64,000 nt of DNA. Source: Octopus bimaculoides (taxonomy: Eukaryota). The stretch is taken from the NCBI RefSeq assembly GCF_001194135.2, contig NC_068985.1:21900126-21964125 (forward strand), written 5' to 3'. Positions 51,100 through 64,000 of the stretch are shown here, piece by piece. A model generated the notes under the pieces. That model saw only the letters and a program-made list of their open reading frames with translations, made no database searches and had not been told where the DNA came from. Each line of letters opens with the position of its first letter. Position 1 is the stretch's first letter. The position numbers were made by a program, and so were the translations under genes.

Positions 51100-53402
51100 A
51101 CTTTGTCTCTCTTTCCATAACTTTAGAAATTCCAAGAAACAACAGAACGATCAAACGTGGAATCATAAATCCTTTCATTCAGTTACAAGACGAAATATTT
51201 TATTATATGTAAATATTGGGTGGTTAAGCAAAAAAAAAAAAGGCTTTTGACATTAATTTAAGAAATGTATTTTCATAGCAAGCAAAATCTTACAATATAC
51301 GAGATTTGGGGTCCCGAGTTTGAAAGCATTAAAAAATATGATGATATCTATTAAAATATATGATGGTTGAATACACAATAATACACATGAACTGTTAAAA
51401 GTAGGTTAAACATGTGTACAAAATAACGCACCATCTATCAACTCGAATATATAAGCTCACTTTTACTACACACACACTCATAAGTCAGTGTGTATCAAAT
51501 TAAGGAAACTGGTATATCACTTATAGATTAAATACACATATGTGTTTATGTGCAAGCGAGCGTGCGTGCAAAAAGCACACTTATTTGATTGCAATAGCAT
51601 TATACATATATAATAATATAAACACATGCAATTAAGAAGGTTGCTAATGTTTACAGACCTTTGTTCACACCATCTCAAACAATTGTTTAATAACTACAGT
51701 TATTACTGCTACTATTACCACACCCACTAATCCTGAATGTCTCTACTGTACCTTTTGCCCGTTAAACTAGTTTACGTTTATCTTTATTTTTTTCTATTCC
51801 TTTCTTTTTCTTTTTCTTTTTTATCAAAGAGACACAGCGGAGCCTGTTTATAGAGAGATTCAGAAAGATAGCTTACTGCTATCATTAGTTAGTGCCGATC
51901 AAATAAGCGAAGTAGGGTAAGGGAGAAAGAAACACATGGACATGGTCTTCGTCTTTCTTTTTATATGAGAGAGCGAGAGGGAGAGTGACAGAGGAGGTGG
52001 GAAAGAAAAGAAAAAAAAAGTGTACACAAGCACACACTCTAAGACACATACGCGCACACACACACATACACACACACGCACGCACATTTTCTTGCGCGCA
52101 CTTTATCATTGGTTTCCTCCTCCTCCTTCTCCTCCATAGAAATTTGCAACGGATTTCCTCGAAGCTCATTCGATACAATAGCGAAGAACGAGAACGGGTC
52201 GTCCACTGAAGACGTCAGTGGTAAGAGTTATAGAATTTATAAAGAAATATGGTCCACACATAAACAAAAACAACAGAACTTCTAGGATACGGATTATTGA
52301 ATTTGCTTGTAACAGTATTGTTATAATTTCTGTCAGATTTACTACGTTTTCTTCTCTGGCCGCAGAAACTACTATTAACCAGTTTAAGAGATTCTCTACA
52401 CACATAACACAGGACCAATACTGAGTTGCTATAGGGAATCGTTGTCTATCTGTACATGTGTATTAACATGTATAGAAACCTGTCAAATCTTTGGCTGAAT
52501 AAACCCGATTCTCAAACGGACTTATAATAAGACTAATCATTTTTTTATTTTTAGCATTATTATTTATTGATATTATTGTTATTTCCAAACGAAGGAAAGG
52601 AATTGTTGCTAAATTTCAATAATTTTTACAAGGCTTAGAATGTTTTGGATTCAAGTCCATTCAGGTAACCAGAGTTTTACTTAATACGTCACCTTGCTTA
52701 TATTAAATCACTTTCTCTTTTCAGTCCAGTTCGCGAAATCGTCCCTTCCTTTAAACACACGCTCTATTTATCTCGTTAATATGTTTTGAAAAACTTAACA
52801 CCTTCCACGCCCACTTTTGATTATTTAATCAGACTATACTGAAATTTATATTTATAATTTCGACGCACAGTCGTTATGGGATAAATATTATAAAATAATA
52901 TAACAAAATATGAAAAATGTAAAAGGCCGACAACAAATCAATGTTTTAAAGTGGTTAAGCATTTGGCGATAACTAAACGGAACATGTGTTGGATCCTAAG
53001 ATCGGTTCCCATGGCTATTTACTCACAGTAAATCAAATTATTGATGTTTCTCAGTTATCTACATCCATTCAATCGGTTTCTTCAACTGGTCTTTCTTTTT
53101 ATAAGAAAGATCCCGAAGTAGAAAAAAAAGTCAACGCTTTAAAGCTTTATCTAGGATATCTAATAACTAAAGTAGATGTGAAATAACAGATCTTTGGAAA
53201 ATATCTAATATTGTGATGAATTTTTATTTTAATATTTCTTATATATAAAAACCAATATTTTTATTCTTTGATCTTAGCTACATTGTTTTTAATATATCAA
53301 TGATGGCATTGTGTGCGTGCACGAGCGTGTTTATATACACGCACACGCATTATATATATATATATATATCTGTGTGCGTGTGTGTATATATATATATATA
53401 TC

Positions 53403-53445
<43 letters not shown>

Positions 53446-55600
53446 CATGTGCGTGACTGATATGCAATTGTAAAAAGGATAAAAACAATTGTTTCAAAAT
53501 CATGCTCTGGAAATGTTTATCTAAAAAAAAAGACAACTAAAAGATAATGGTTTAAATAACTACAGAGAGAGAGAGATTGATAGAAAAATAGCTATGCTCA
53601 TAACTAAGTGGCAATTATCTATAGATATCATCGCTGAGCTGTTACTAATGTTACTTGTATTATAAACATTAAAACAGAATGAAACAATATTTCTGTAAAA
53701 AAAAATAAAACAACAGAAAAGCAGTAAGAATATCACTGTCTGTTCTAGTCGGGTTGGGTTACCCTTTATTATTTGATTAGTGTTTACCTTTGGTTAGTCA
53801 TTAACCCAATCGAAGACGACTGATACGCATTTTGTTTACTTTAAGAAACTTTTCGGGTTATATTTTCTCTGTTCGTAAATGTCTCGAATAGTTGTGGAGT
53901 TTCTGAACTTTAAAAACACCAACAAAAATCCTAGGATAGCCAAACGTTCTCTCTGTGCTACATACAGGCAAAAAGAAGAAGGAAGCTAGAGAGACATCAA
54001 AGCGCAGTTGTGACAATTTTCTTTTTCTTTTTTTCCCATACATGCAATATTTACTTGTATTTTTGTATTATCATTCCTGAAGTGATTCTTGAGAGGCCTG
54101 AAATATTTTAAGTGCAGTCAACTGTGCGCGCGTGCGTATGTGAGATAGAGAGAGTGAATGAAAGAGAAAGGCCGCCTCTACATCATAAAGATTGGGAATT
54201 TCTGTCAATAACAAGCATTATTTAGTGAAAACGTGCGCAAACAGATGAGTTAATATGCGTAAAACCTGAGACAATTTAATTTGGATCGTTTTTCGAAGGA
54301 GACTATTATATTAAATCTAATAAATACTGTTTCCTGGATCTACTTTATATAATACATGATACCCTTAGCACTAATCCTGTTTTGTATAATGTTTTTCAAT
54401 CAGGGAGTGTTAGTCAGGATGAGAAAAGTAATGATAATGCAATTTGTCTAGGGTGAATCTAATTGCTAGTGGCATGTATGTCAATAAATTGACTTTACTA
54501 CTTTTTTTATAAGTTCGTTCAGCTTCTATCTATAAAGTTTCCCCCACATCAGTATCATACCATTAATCAAGGAAATGCCGGTAACAGCTGAATCTAGCAC
54601 AATATTCGATCACCAAGTTCGATTCATTAAATAGTGTCATTTTGACAGGCCATCGCAAGCGCACTTTTAGCTTAATCTAGCATAATCTTCCTAGTGCAAT
54701 GAAACTATCCCACTGAGCAGATAGATTTCATTGCTCACCCACAACAAACTTTATAATGTTAATTCTCTTAAAGGGTTCCGTTCAAGCTACCTGAGAAGTT
54801 CGTCAAAACCAATTCACTGTTTCACTGTTCTCACTGATTCTTGTTTCCGATAGAAAAGGGAGAAGGATAGAGGTGGGGGGGGGGGGGGAGATATTTGTAT
54901 TGTCTTCTTCGATAGCTAGAATTAATATTTTGAAATTAGTAATGGAATTCAAGATATAAAATTTTCAGTTAATTTGAGATGTAAGTCGATCTTTTTTTTT
55001 ATTGATTGATATATCACTTGCTTATAATCCCCGCCGAAAATATAAAACTACAGTTAAATGTATAATAACCGCTGTACTAACTTGAAAATTTAAAGTAACC
55101 TTAAATTCAACAGAATTCACATTCTCTATACAAAACCTACGTGAGTGTATCGAAACCTGTTGGAATTGAGCACCATCCCCCTCCACCAATAATCATATTC
55201 CAAATGTTAATGAAACAATACTTTTCCATTCCTCTTTGATAGAGTAACTTGTATATAGTTGAGACTCTTTTAGCATGGTTATTATATCAGGCAGATAAAA
55301 GCATGCAGTGACTAAAAAGAATTTTTTTAATGTGCTCAACGAGAGGACCTCCTTGTTATTTAAACTTTCTTTGTCAATTATAATTCCTAACACCAAATAT
55401 CGACTACAATACAGGCCAACGAAGGTGCATCTAACTTCGTTGCCCAACTTGCTAGAAATAGCAGCTAAATCTCCCTCAAATCACATCTGTGCCGTCTTAA
55501 CAAACAAGTGTCTACTATATACTGTACTCCTGGGAGCAACTAGGGAAAAGACTTAAGTACTCGCAGCTGGAACTTCTGGACCATAAATCTGTTCAATTTG
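51100..55600. promoter_or_regulatory. CpG-retaining, transposon-free island; probable promoter/5' end
   Basis: 11 CpG counted in 52081-52220 versus 0 in 6001-6600; no recognisable TE between about 50770 and 56160; contains splice-signal-flanked segments. Confidence 0.65.
52140..52220 (+). other. Candidate 81-nt exon (probably 5' UTR)
   Basis: Acceptor TTTCCTCCTCCTCCTTCTCCTCCATAG| and donor GTG|GTAAGA; upstream donor AGG|GTAAGG at 51916/17. One frame is open (ICNGFPRSSFDTIAKNENGSSTEDVS) but I do not recognise it. Confidence 0.55.
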
Positions 55601-56160
55601 AGCTGACCTAGAGTTAACAACTGACTGCTCTGCTCAATCTAAGCATTAATTTAGATAGAATAACTGCTTGATTGGGAAAATGCTCAATATATATATATAT
55701 ATGATATAGAATCCTTTTTTTTTCCTTTTATTTGCTCATTGTATTGCATAATACAAGCTATATGCAGAAATTCAATGTATAAAGTATTTTTTATTAATTG
55801 CATACAAGAATCTGTGTGTAAGTAAATATAAAATTAATATCTTATCGGAGATAATGCAGTGTTTGTGATGAGGAGAAAGACTAGTGTAACATTTGAGGTG
55901 ATACACTGAACCACACTCACAGGTTATTAATCAATATCTGTACAAGATCCAATAGATCAAGATCAATTATTAAGAATAAATATATTAATGAAACAGTAAA
56001 GCATACAAATACAAATCGCTTCAGATGCATTCAAGATAATGCTAAATCACCCAATACAGAAAGAACCAGGTGAATTTATTTTCAGTTAACAGGATTTAAC
56101 TGAAAAGCAAAAAAACAAAAAAAACAACCTAGCATTTATTTGTTTAGTAATAGCAGTAAG

Positions 56161-56475
56161 CAGGGGTTTTCAGCCTGGTGTGTCTGCATCTCCTGTGGGG
56201 TGCAAGATGGTATTTCAGGAGGTGTGACAAAATACTTGATCAAAATCGCTTTTCAGAATAAAATTATTTACTAAACTCTTAGAATAACTCTTGTATTAAG
56301 CATGTTAACAACTTTGTGATTCCACAGTACTGCATTTTGTTCAATAAAAACAATAAATTAGTTATTAAAAAATTGACTTTTTCATCATCAAATGTGATAT
56401 TACTCTTGTTGGGGGTGTGTGAAAATTTAATATTTCCTAAGAGTGCAGGGCATAGAAAAGGTTGATAATGAACAG
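56161..56475. mobile_element. Non-autonomous hAT-like element, decayed
   Basis: 5' CAGGGGTTTTCAGCCT; internal TTAGTTATT..TGACTT..CAAATGTGATATTACT shared with 12640-12700; 3' TIR degenerate and no clear TSD. Confidence 0.55.
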
Positions 56476-58371
56476 TTTACAAATTAATGCAGTGAAAGGA
56501 CTTACATCATACACATTGATGTATATAATATAATAATCTACTATGTGTGGATGTATATGTGTGTATGTATGTATGTTAGCTACAATGCTAATCCTTTGTT
56601 AGGGGATCAGTTGACACTGTCTCTAACAAACCAGAAAGACGTGCAATTCAAATTCAGAACCATAAAAGCTAGGATTTTCTATTGTTAGAACTATAGCATA
56701 TATATATTCTATATTGTACTACAACAGAAAACTTAGAATTGATTTCACATTTCCTTTCACTACAGATTGTCTCAGTCAAACAAAATCATTATTTTCTACT
56801 TTATATAAGTTCCAGCATGGCCCTAGTAGTTATAGCTAAAACAAAATAGAGAGCACAAATATACAGATATCACACACACACACACACACATTCCTGTATG
56901 CAAAGTTAATATCTACATTTGCCAGGTTACATGAAATGGTGCATATTTGTTGCATATTGGTATGTATATTGATGAATATTCAGTTTTTATTGAACCTAGC
57001 TGTCATTCTAGCATAGGTATTAAGGAATTTCTAAAGCAACACAAAATATCTTTATGAATTTATTTGTTCCTATAGCACCCACTTTACTTTCGCCTCCCCT
57101 CTCTCTCTATCTACACGCATACACATATTCATATATACTTATATCTACAGATCCACGTGCATACACACACATTTAGGTATGTGTGTGCATACATTTATTT
57201 CAGCTTTGTAAAAGTTATATATTGGAATATTATACTGCAGCAAATCAAGTAAACTCTCCTTCTCTCTCTCAGAATATGAATAAATATTAGGATTGAAAAG
57301 GCAATATGATATCTTTCTGCCATCGATCTAGCACTTGAGGCAGTCAGTCTGTCTGCAGTTCTCAGTTATTCTACAGCATAAAGTGGATGATAATGGTTTT
57401 GTCGGTCCCCTCAGACAATCCATGATGCGCGAGGAAATGTGAAATTAGTTGGAAGTTTGTTGTTGCATTACACAGTGTTAAATCTCATACAATTGTTAAT
57501 AATAATAAGCTGACTTGTCCCCTCTCTTAAGGAGATTTGTAATGATTCAGCATACTTTTGTTTCCTGGCTCGACAGAAAGCTAACTGACCCCCCCAGTTC
57601 CCAAGAACCTTATAATTCTTTTTTTTTTTTTTTTTTTTTTCATTTTCTCCTTTTATCAATATAACCTGAACAGAGATGTAGCTATTTAGAAACGTATACT
57701 CCACCTCAGCCCCTTGCTTCTAGCTTGTAGCTTCTCATTTTTTTTTTCTCTCTCTAAATTACAGTCTCCCCCATTCATTCATTGCTATTTCAATAGGTCT
57801 TCCTAGAATGGACACAAGCCCATTTAAAGGTAATCTTCAATGAAATATATTGATTTCTTACTTCCCTTGGCTCTATTGCATGCTTAAACAGCCAGAAATG
57901 CAGGGAGTATAAGGATGCATTGGTATGGGAGATTCTCAACAGAAAAATGTAGCTGTACTAAGGAATGTCTGAAAGCTATATCATACAAACTCTTCAAAAG
58001 GAGCTTATTTTTATTCTCTTGCTAATAACTTATTAAAATTTATATAGATGTGCTGAGAAATAAAGTTGGAAGGAAAGAAAGATATTTTTTTTTTTTTAGA
58101 AAAATGGAATTCACTAGGCCTTATTGAAAATAGAAAAAACTATAATTTTAATTTGAAAATTCAAAGTTACTTAGGCAATTTATTGTTATTTTTTTTAAAT
58201 ACACGTTCAGATTTGGTTAATCTAGTGTTGTCTGAGTCAGATCTACCAAGTCTTTTAACAGTAGCTACTTTAAAACCTAAAGCCATAAAAAATAAATTGT
58301 AGTGTTTTAAATAGAAGCTGTAATAGCAGTGATATAATATCACAAGTTGTAAAACTATATGTAAGCAATTA

Positions 58372-58411
<40 letters not shown>

Positions 58412-61400
58412 ATATGTATATATGCTTGAAGAATAGGAAGGGAAATTGAATTAAAATGCATGTTATACAAAGAGTAGACAGAAAACATTTTAAAAGTAAA
58501 AATATGTTTCTACACATGCATCTATTCTGCAATAAGGCAGCAACAGGTTTCCTTTTTGCATTTTACTTTGAAAACTGATATAAGAGATATCAGCTTACAT
58601 ATATATTTCTTTAAACAAGAAATACTGAATTGTATATAGAATTTGGAAAAGGTAGGGTATCTTTAGTGAAATCACTTGTTCATAATTATTGATAGCAGAT
58701 TTCAAAGAAATATATCACATTTAAGAAAAATGAAGATAAGTATTTTTTTTAATGTTTTACATTTTGAAATGAGAGTGCATTCTCTTTATTCTATAAAACT
58801 AACTGTAACTCAGGTATTATTTATACTATCTATTGAAACAACCTGTATATCTTGTTAAGTTATCTTGTGTTTTAATCAATAGACAGAAATGTAAACAGTT
58901 TTTACAAAGAGCTTTCTTAAGATGTATTAAGCCTACTGGGAATTATACTGTATCACTGAGTTTGGGGGATATTGGATATTATTTAAACAAGCTCATCCTA
59001 AATTTTCATTTACTTTACAAGTAAAGAAAAATGAAAGAATACAGCAGCATGGGAGGTGGTACCATGGTCTTCAGATAAAAATCAATGCAACAATTCTAGG
59101 CTGTAATAATTGGTAGCACTGGCATTGCTGTTGCTGCAACTTGCCTCAACACAGATAGCAATATTCTGTCAGTGTTGGTGAGGGAATAAAGCGGGATTGG
59201 AATAGGATAGCCATTAAATATATATATTTGTAGTTTTTCAAATATTATAGAGAAATAAACACTTATTGAAATGCTGCAGTTCTCTTTCTGATGGTTATTT
59301 TTTTGGATAATAAATAAACCTTTGCATTTTACTTTGTTGTGGGTTACAACTAAGAAAAGTTTTTAAACATAGGTGATTAGGAGAAGAAAAAAGTGAAAAA
59401 TACCACCCCATCCCAGCTTCTGATAATTTTATCTACATTTAATGTAGCATATAATAAAAGAAACCATAGAAATTTAGTTTCTAACAATTTATAGTTATGT
59501 TAAAAAAAAAAAACAGTTTATTGTGAGAAATCTGCAGTAATTAGAGATGGTTGGCAAAAAGGTGTTAGGATCTTATCAGTGTATAAATATGAAATTTGTT
59601 TCTTTATTAGTTAATAACAGTTAAGAGCTGTTTCCTTATATTAAGTTTCTGTATTTTTGTTATCTAAACAAACTATTTCTTCCTATTTTCACATTTCCAG
59701 GAAATAGAGAAACAATAGATATCTTAATAGCTTAACAGATCAGTCTCTTATATTTGTCCCATAAAGGATGCTCTTAACTGTTCAGGCCACACTTTGCAAT
59801 AAAGGTTTTTAGAAAACAAATTAACCAAAACCAGGAAGGAATTTATTTTAATTATTTAAGGTGGAGTTGATTGAAGGCTAGAATGGTTCAGAGCAGAGAG
59901 AGAGAGAGAGCTAGACATGCATTATATGTTACATCATTTAATGTATCAATATTCAGAGTTCAAATGATATTATAGTCATTTTAGTTTTCATTTCTTTAGG
60001 GGTGGATAACATAATCCAAAATCATCCAACCAACTTCCCTTATAAAAATAAACTAAGAAAAGTATTGTTACACAAGTTTAAATTTGCAAAAACAAAAACA
60101 GTCATGTGTTATTTGTAGTAAAAATTGGTTGGTGGTGAAACGGGTGTGAAATTATTATTTCATCTGTTCCATGAAATCATGTAAATGTTTGATTCAAACC
60201 TATGTTCTCTTGGTAAAAGGTGAGAAAAAAAAAAACTGGAAACATGATAACTGTAGCCAACAGGTGGTTCTGTTAAATTAAAGATGGTATGGACCATACT
60301 GGTAGCTAATACCAATCTGAAGTAACACCGGACTGAGTTAGGTTGTTACAATATATACAGTGAAACGTTACAAGAAAAAAATGTTTCTCCCTTTCACTAT
60401 GAAATAAAATCTTAATGGTCTTCCTTAAATATGTTCTAATTCTAAAGTTTCCGTCCACTTATTTTATTATAAGCATTAAAAATTTGTTCTGTCTAAATAG
60501 TTCTGTTTGAAAAAGGTGGCTGTTGTAGTTTGGTGAGAAAACCTTTTTATTATGTGTCCAACCATCTATTCTTTTCCCACCTTACAAATAACAGCACAAA
60601 CTTGTTTAACTACCAGAAGTGGTAAGTTTGTATTTCATGACACAAAAGAACTAACAGCATGTCAAGTTTTGTTGCAAAGTGGTTTTGCAGTTCTATAACA
60701 ATAAAGCTTCATATTTGCTTCATTTCATGACTGTACATATTTATACTTCACACTCAACTACAGTCGACAGAAAGGGGGCTCATATTTCAGTTTTAAAACA
60801 TCTTGGTGTCATTTTAACCTGTTGTAAAGGTTAAGCATTAGAATATTTTGAAAAAGGCAAGTAAAAAGTTTTCAAGAAGAAGCAGCTTTATGTAATAGCT
60901 GCACATTCTTCACTTTAGAATCTATAATGTTAATACATTGTCAGTTTTCTTATTATTCATAGGAAAAAATCCCCACCAGTTTTAGAGCCCCTTTAACAAG
61001 CTTAGTGCACTATCTTAGAAAGAACATTTTGACATTAACATAAATAATGTTATACTATTTACTAGTTAAATATTCAGGTTTATTACATCATTGATCTCTT
61101 TTGCTTGTCATAATCTATTACAACACAGTTTATATTTAAGTGCAGGCATGGCTATGTAGTTTTGCAATCATGTGGTTTCAGGTTCAATCTTAACACATTA
61201 ATAATCTTTTGTCATAAGCTATTAGACAACAACTTACATTAAATTTTAATTGTAGGCAATCATCACTTTCTAAATTGACAGGGCTCTATTCTAACAGGCT
61301 GTGAAGGCAATATCTGCAAACATAACCAACTGTTATATAATTAAACATGATGTATCGTGGCAGATATATCCTGTGTATATGTGTACATGTGCATGTATGC

Positions 61401-61679
61401 AATATATAACTGTCTGCGTACTCCAATTAAAGTTAAATCCTTAACACTTTCTAATCAGCAACTTGACACCTTGATTGGCTCATGCAGGTAGACCTGGTGA
61501 TAATTAGTTGCTATGTAGAATGATTAAGAAACTTAATTGGTTCTCATGTGAACTATCTAATCTAACTGGCAGCAGCAGATGGAAACAGCTTTAACATGTT
61601 CCACAATGTTTGTTTTTAAAGGATTTATTAAAAGTTCCATCTTAGCAACATCTCATTGTATTTAAGCTGTAATAATTCT

Positions 61680-61830
61680 TTTATTGCTTTTGATGGTTGG
61701 ACAGGGCCCATGCTGGGGCACCACTCTGTAGGGTCTAGTTGATTATATCAACCCCAACTGTTTATTTTTATTTACAGGTAATTTATTTTATCAACTTCCG
61801 AAAGGTGAGGTGGACCAGGTGGAATTTGAA
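61680..61830 (-). mobile_element. SINE 3' fragment combining a family-A-type tail with a family-B-type central domain
   Basis: CCATGCTGGGGCACCAC followed by TCAACCCC..TTATTTTATCAACTTCCGAAAGG. Confidence 0.55.
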
Positions 61831-61965
61831 AGGGATGCAACCAAATACCACAGATATTTTGCTTGACATTCTATGGCCACCCTCCAAGAATATTTTGGAG
61901 ACTAATGATATATATATATGGAGGTTTTATATATTTAATAATCATGGTATAATCATTAGTAATAA

Positions 61966-62315
61966 TAGGTGCAGGTATGGCTCTGTGGTTAAGAAGTTCA
62001 CCATAGATTTGGCTGTAATCCCACTGTATGATACTTTGGGCAAGTGTCTTCTGTTATAGACTTTGGATTGATTTGCACCTTCTGAGTGGAATTTAGCAGA
62101 CAAAAACTAAGAAACTGAAGAAGTAGATTGTATGATATATGTGTATACACATGTGTCTCATTTTAAAGGTTGTGTCAAAAAGGTAGCTTAACCACTTGAT
62201 ACATATAGATCAATAAAATAAAGTACAGAGTTTATGTGATCAACTAAAAACTCTTGAAAGTGGAACCCCAGCATGACCATGCTACAATGGCTGAAACCAG
62301 TAAAAGAATAAAGAA
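61966..62315 (+). mobile_element. SINE family A, decayed full length
   Basis: ATAGGTGCAGGTATGGCTCTGTGGTTAAG...TTTGGGCAAGTGTCTTCT...CCCCAGCATGACC...AGTAAAAGAATAAAGAA. Confidence 0.85.
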
Positions 62316-62389
62316 GTATAAAGTATGTTCTGAGAATCCTGTTGACCCCCCCCTCCCCCAGTTCATTTATCTCTCCACCTCTCATCATC

Positions 62390-62570
62390 CTTGTTGTTTC
62401 TAAACCTCCTCCACATCCCTGCTCTAACTACTGTTCTCAATCCTTCCTTCTCAGAACATTGGCCTTCTGGAATCTCCTTCTTGCTCATGTCTTTTCTGCA
62501 AGAGTTGACCTACAACAGTTTAAGTGGAACATTAACAACATCAATCTCACCAGCCTTGGAAGGGACTGCA
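62390..62570 (+). mobile_element. CR1/L2-group LINE ORF2 C-terminal fragment
   Basis: NYCSQSFLLRTLAFWNLLLAHVFSARVDLQQFKWNIN resembles the SFxPRTxxxWNxLPxxVFPxxYDLxxFK terminus. Confidence 0.75.
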
Positions 62571-63639
62571 AAGGTTATGGGCACTGCTATTGGTACCAAG
62601 CTGTGTTTTTTAAAATTTACCTGTGATAGATTAACTTCTTGCCCATGGAGAGATCTGTATTGTCACTAACTATTTGTATAGTTTGTGAATGGATTATATT
62701 TTCACAAAATTATAAAATTTCCTGACTATTAATCACATCTTTAGAAGTGAGAAATTTTTTAATATTCACATCTATACTGTTTCAATCAGGGGTTAGAAAA
62801 ATGTGTACCTTCCTAGAAAATGACACCTGACTGAAGATCAGAAATGAAATTGACTGAAATGTTACACAGATGTAAGTATTCAAAACTTTCATCACCTGAG
62901 ATGAGGCTGATTGTCTAAAAAGTTATCTTAACAACAACTAATTTCAGGTATTTAATTTATTTTTGTGTTTTGACATTTAATATAATTAGCTAAAATTGGT
63001 AGTTCCATTACCCATTTTCATCATTCTAAAGACAATGTTCTGTTTGCTGTGTAATATACTGGAACAATAAATACAATTTGTAATTATTATTAATTACAAA
63101 GTTCATTTATAATTGAATGTTAGAAGACAATCTCACAAAAGGCGATTTAATTGAAAGCTAGTTACTAGGTTATGGTCATATCTGATCACACATACGTGTG
63201 TGCATACATACATACACACACATTTTCCCCTCATTTCTATAGAAGCTTCCAAACATATCATTTGCTGAATAGAACATAAGTATTAAATGTGTCTTTCTTT
63301 TAATATCAATAAGGAAATGTAATAACTGATTTCTTTGTGTGACAAGAGATTCTATGACAAAATAAGTAATTGATAAGTTACCAACTATAATTAATTGGGA
63401 ATTGATAACCAACTAACTACAGCTATCACTTCATTTTAAATATACTTTGATGATTTCCTGTGTAGATAAGGAATGTTCAATTCATAAGGGAGTGTGTGGG
63501 GTTGGAAATTGTGAGATTTGTGCCTCTCTCAATGAACTTTCTAAGCATATGTGTGTGTGTGTATTGTGCATGTGTGTGTATGTGTACAATTATTCCTAAC
63601 ACCTTTGATTCTTTTCTCATATTTTGTTTACTCTACCCT

Positions 63640-63872
63640 TAGTTTTAGAAAAAAATCTAAACACATATATATGTATGTGTGTGTGTGTGTGTGTGCATAC
63701 TTGTGTCTGTCCAGTGTTGATTGTCCATGTCCTTGTAACTGAGTAGTTCAACATAAGAGATCGATAGAAAAGTTCCAAATTTAAAAAATGTACTGGGGTT
63801 CATTTGTTTGATTAAACCATTCAAGATGATGCCCCAGCATGGCCACAGTCCAATGACTGAAATAAGTAAAAG
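63640..63872 (+). mobile_element. SINE family A, 3' half
   Basis: GATCGATAGAA..GTACTGGGGTT...GATGCCCCAGCATGGCCACAGTCCAATGACTGAAATAAGTAAAAG. Confidence 0.85.
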
Positions 63873-63907
63873 GTATATATACATACACACACTTCTGACA
63901 GATAATT

Positions 63908-64000
63908 TTATAGGCACAAATGTGGCTGAGTGGTAAGAAGTTTGCTTCCCAGCCACATGGTTCTGGGTTCAGTTCCACACTGCTTGGCACTTTGGACAAG
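63908..64000 (+). mobile_element. SINE family A head, cut by the window edge
   Basis: ATAGGCACAAATGTGGCTGAGTGGTAAGAAGTTTGCTTCCCAGCCACATGGTTCTGGGTTCAGTTCCAC. Confidence 0.85.

Noticed and set aside
52986-53186. 66-aa ORF in the CpG island
   Set aside because: Non-ATG start, no recognisable domain, no supporting splice structure.
55414-55445. Small hairpin CAACGAAG/CTTCGTTG
   Set aside because: An 8-bp stem is expected by chance in 64 kb.
1-64000. Conserved bilaterian or molluscan miRNAs, snRNA, rRNA
   Set aside because: No matches to the mature sequences I remember were seen by eye. A covariance-model/miRNA database search is needed to exclude lineage-specific RNAs.

Overview
AT-rich, microsatellite-dense, strongly CpG-depleted animal DNA with four assembly gaps (N runs at 1097-1106, 29159-29466, 37578-37624, 49571-49580). 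The SINE/LINE repertoire looks like coleoid cephalopod DNA, most likely Octopus; this is an inference from remembered repeat families, not a database result. I cannot support any intact protein-coding gene. The listed ORFs are microsatellite read-throughs, N-run artefacts or decayed transposon frames. The window reads as a large intron or intergenic interval filled with tRNA-derived SINEs (three families, with shared modules), RTE and CR1/L2-type LINE fragments, a Penelope GIY-YIG relic, a hAT transposase relic and several MITEs with visible TIRs and TSDs (hAT, piggyBac-type, mariner-type). The clearest host-function signal is a CpG-retaining, transposon-free island at about 51.1-55.6 kb containing a well-formed + strand exon (52140-52220), probably a promoter/5' end and possibly bidirectional. 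There are weaker hints of a minus-strand host gene (strong acceptor at 28; candidate exon 13221-13307). The most unusual structure is a ~345-bp foldback element at 16213-16558 with an internal near-perfect palindrome. I found no convincing new multi-gene system.
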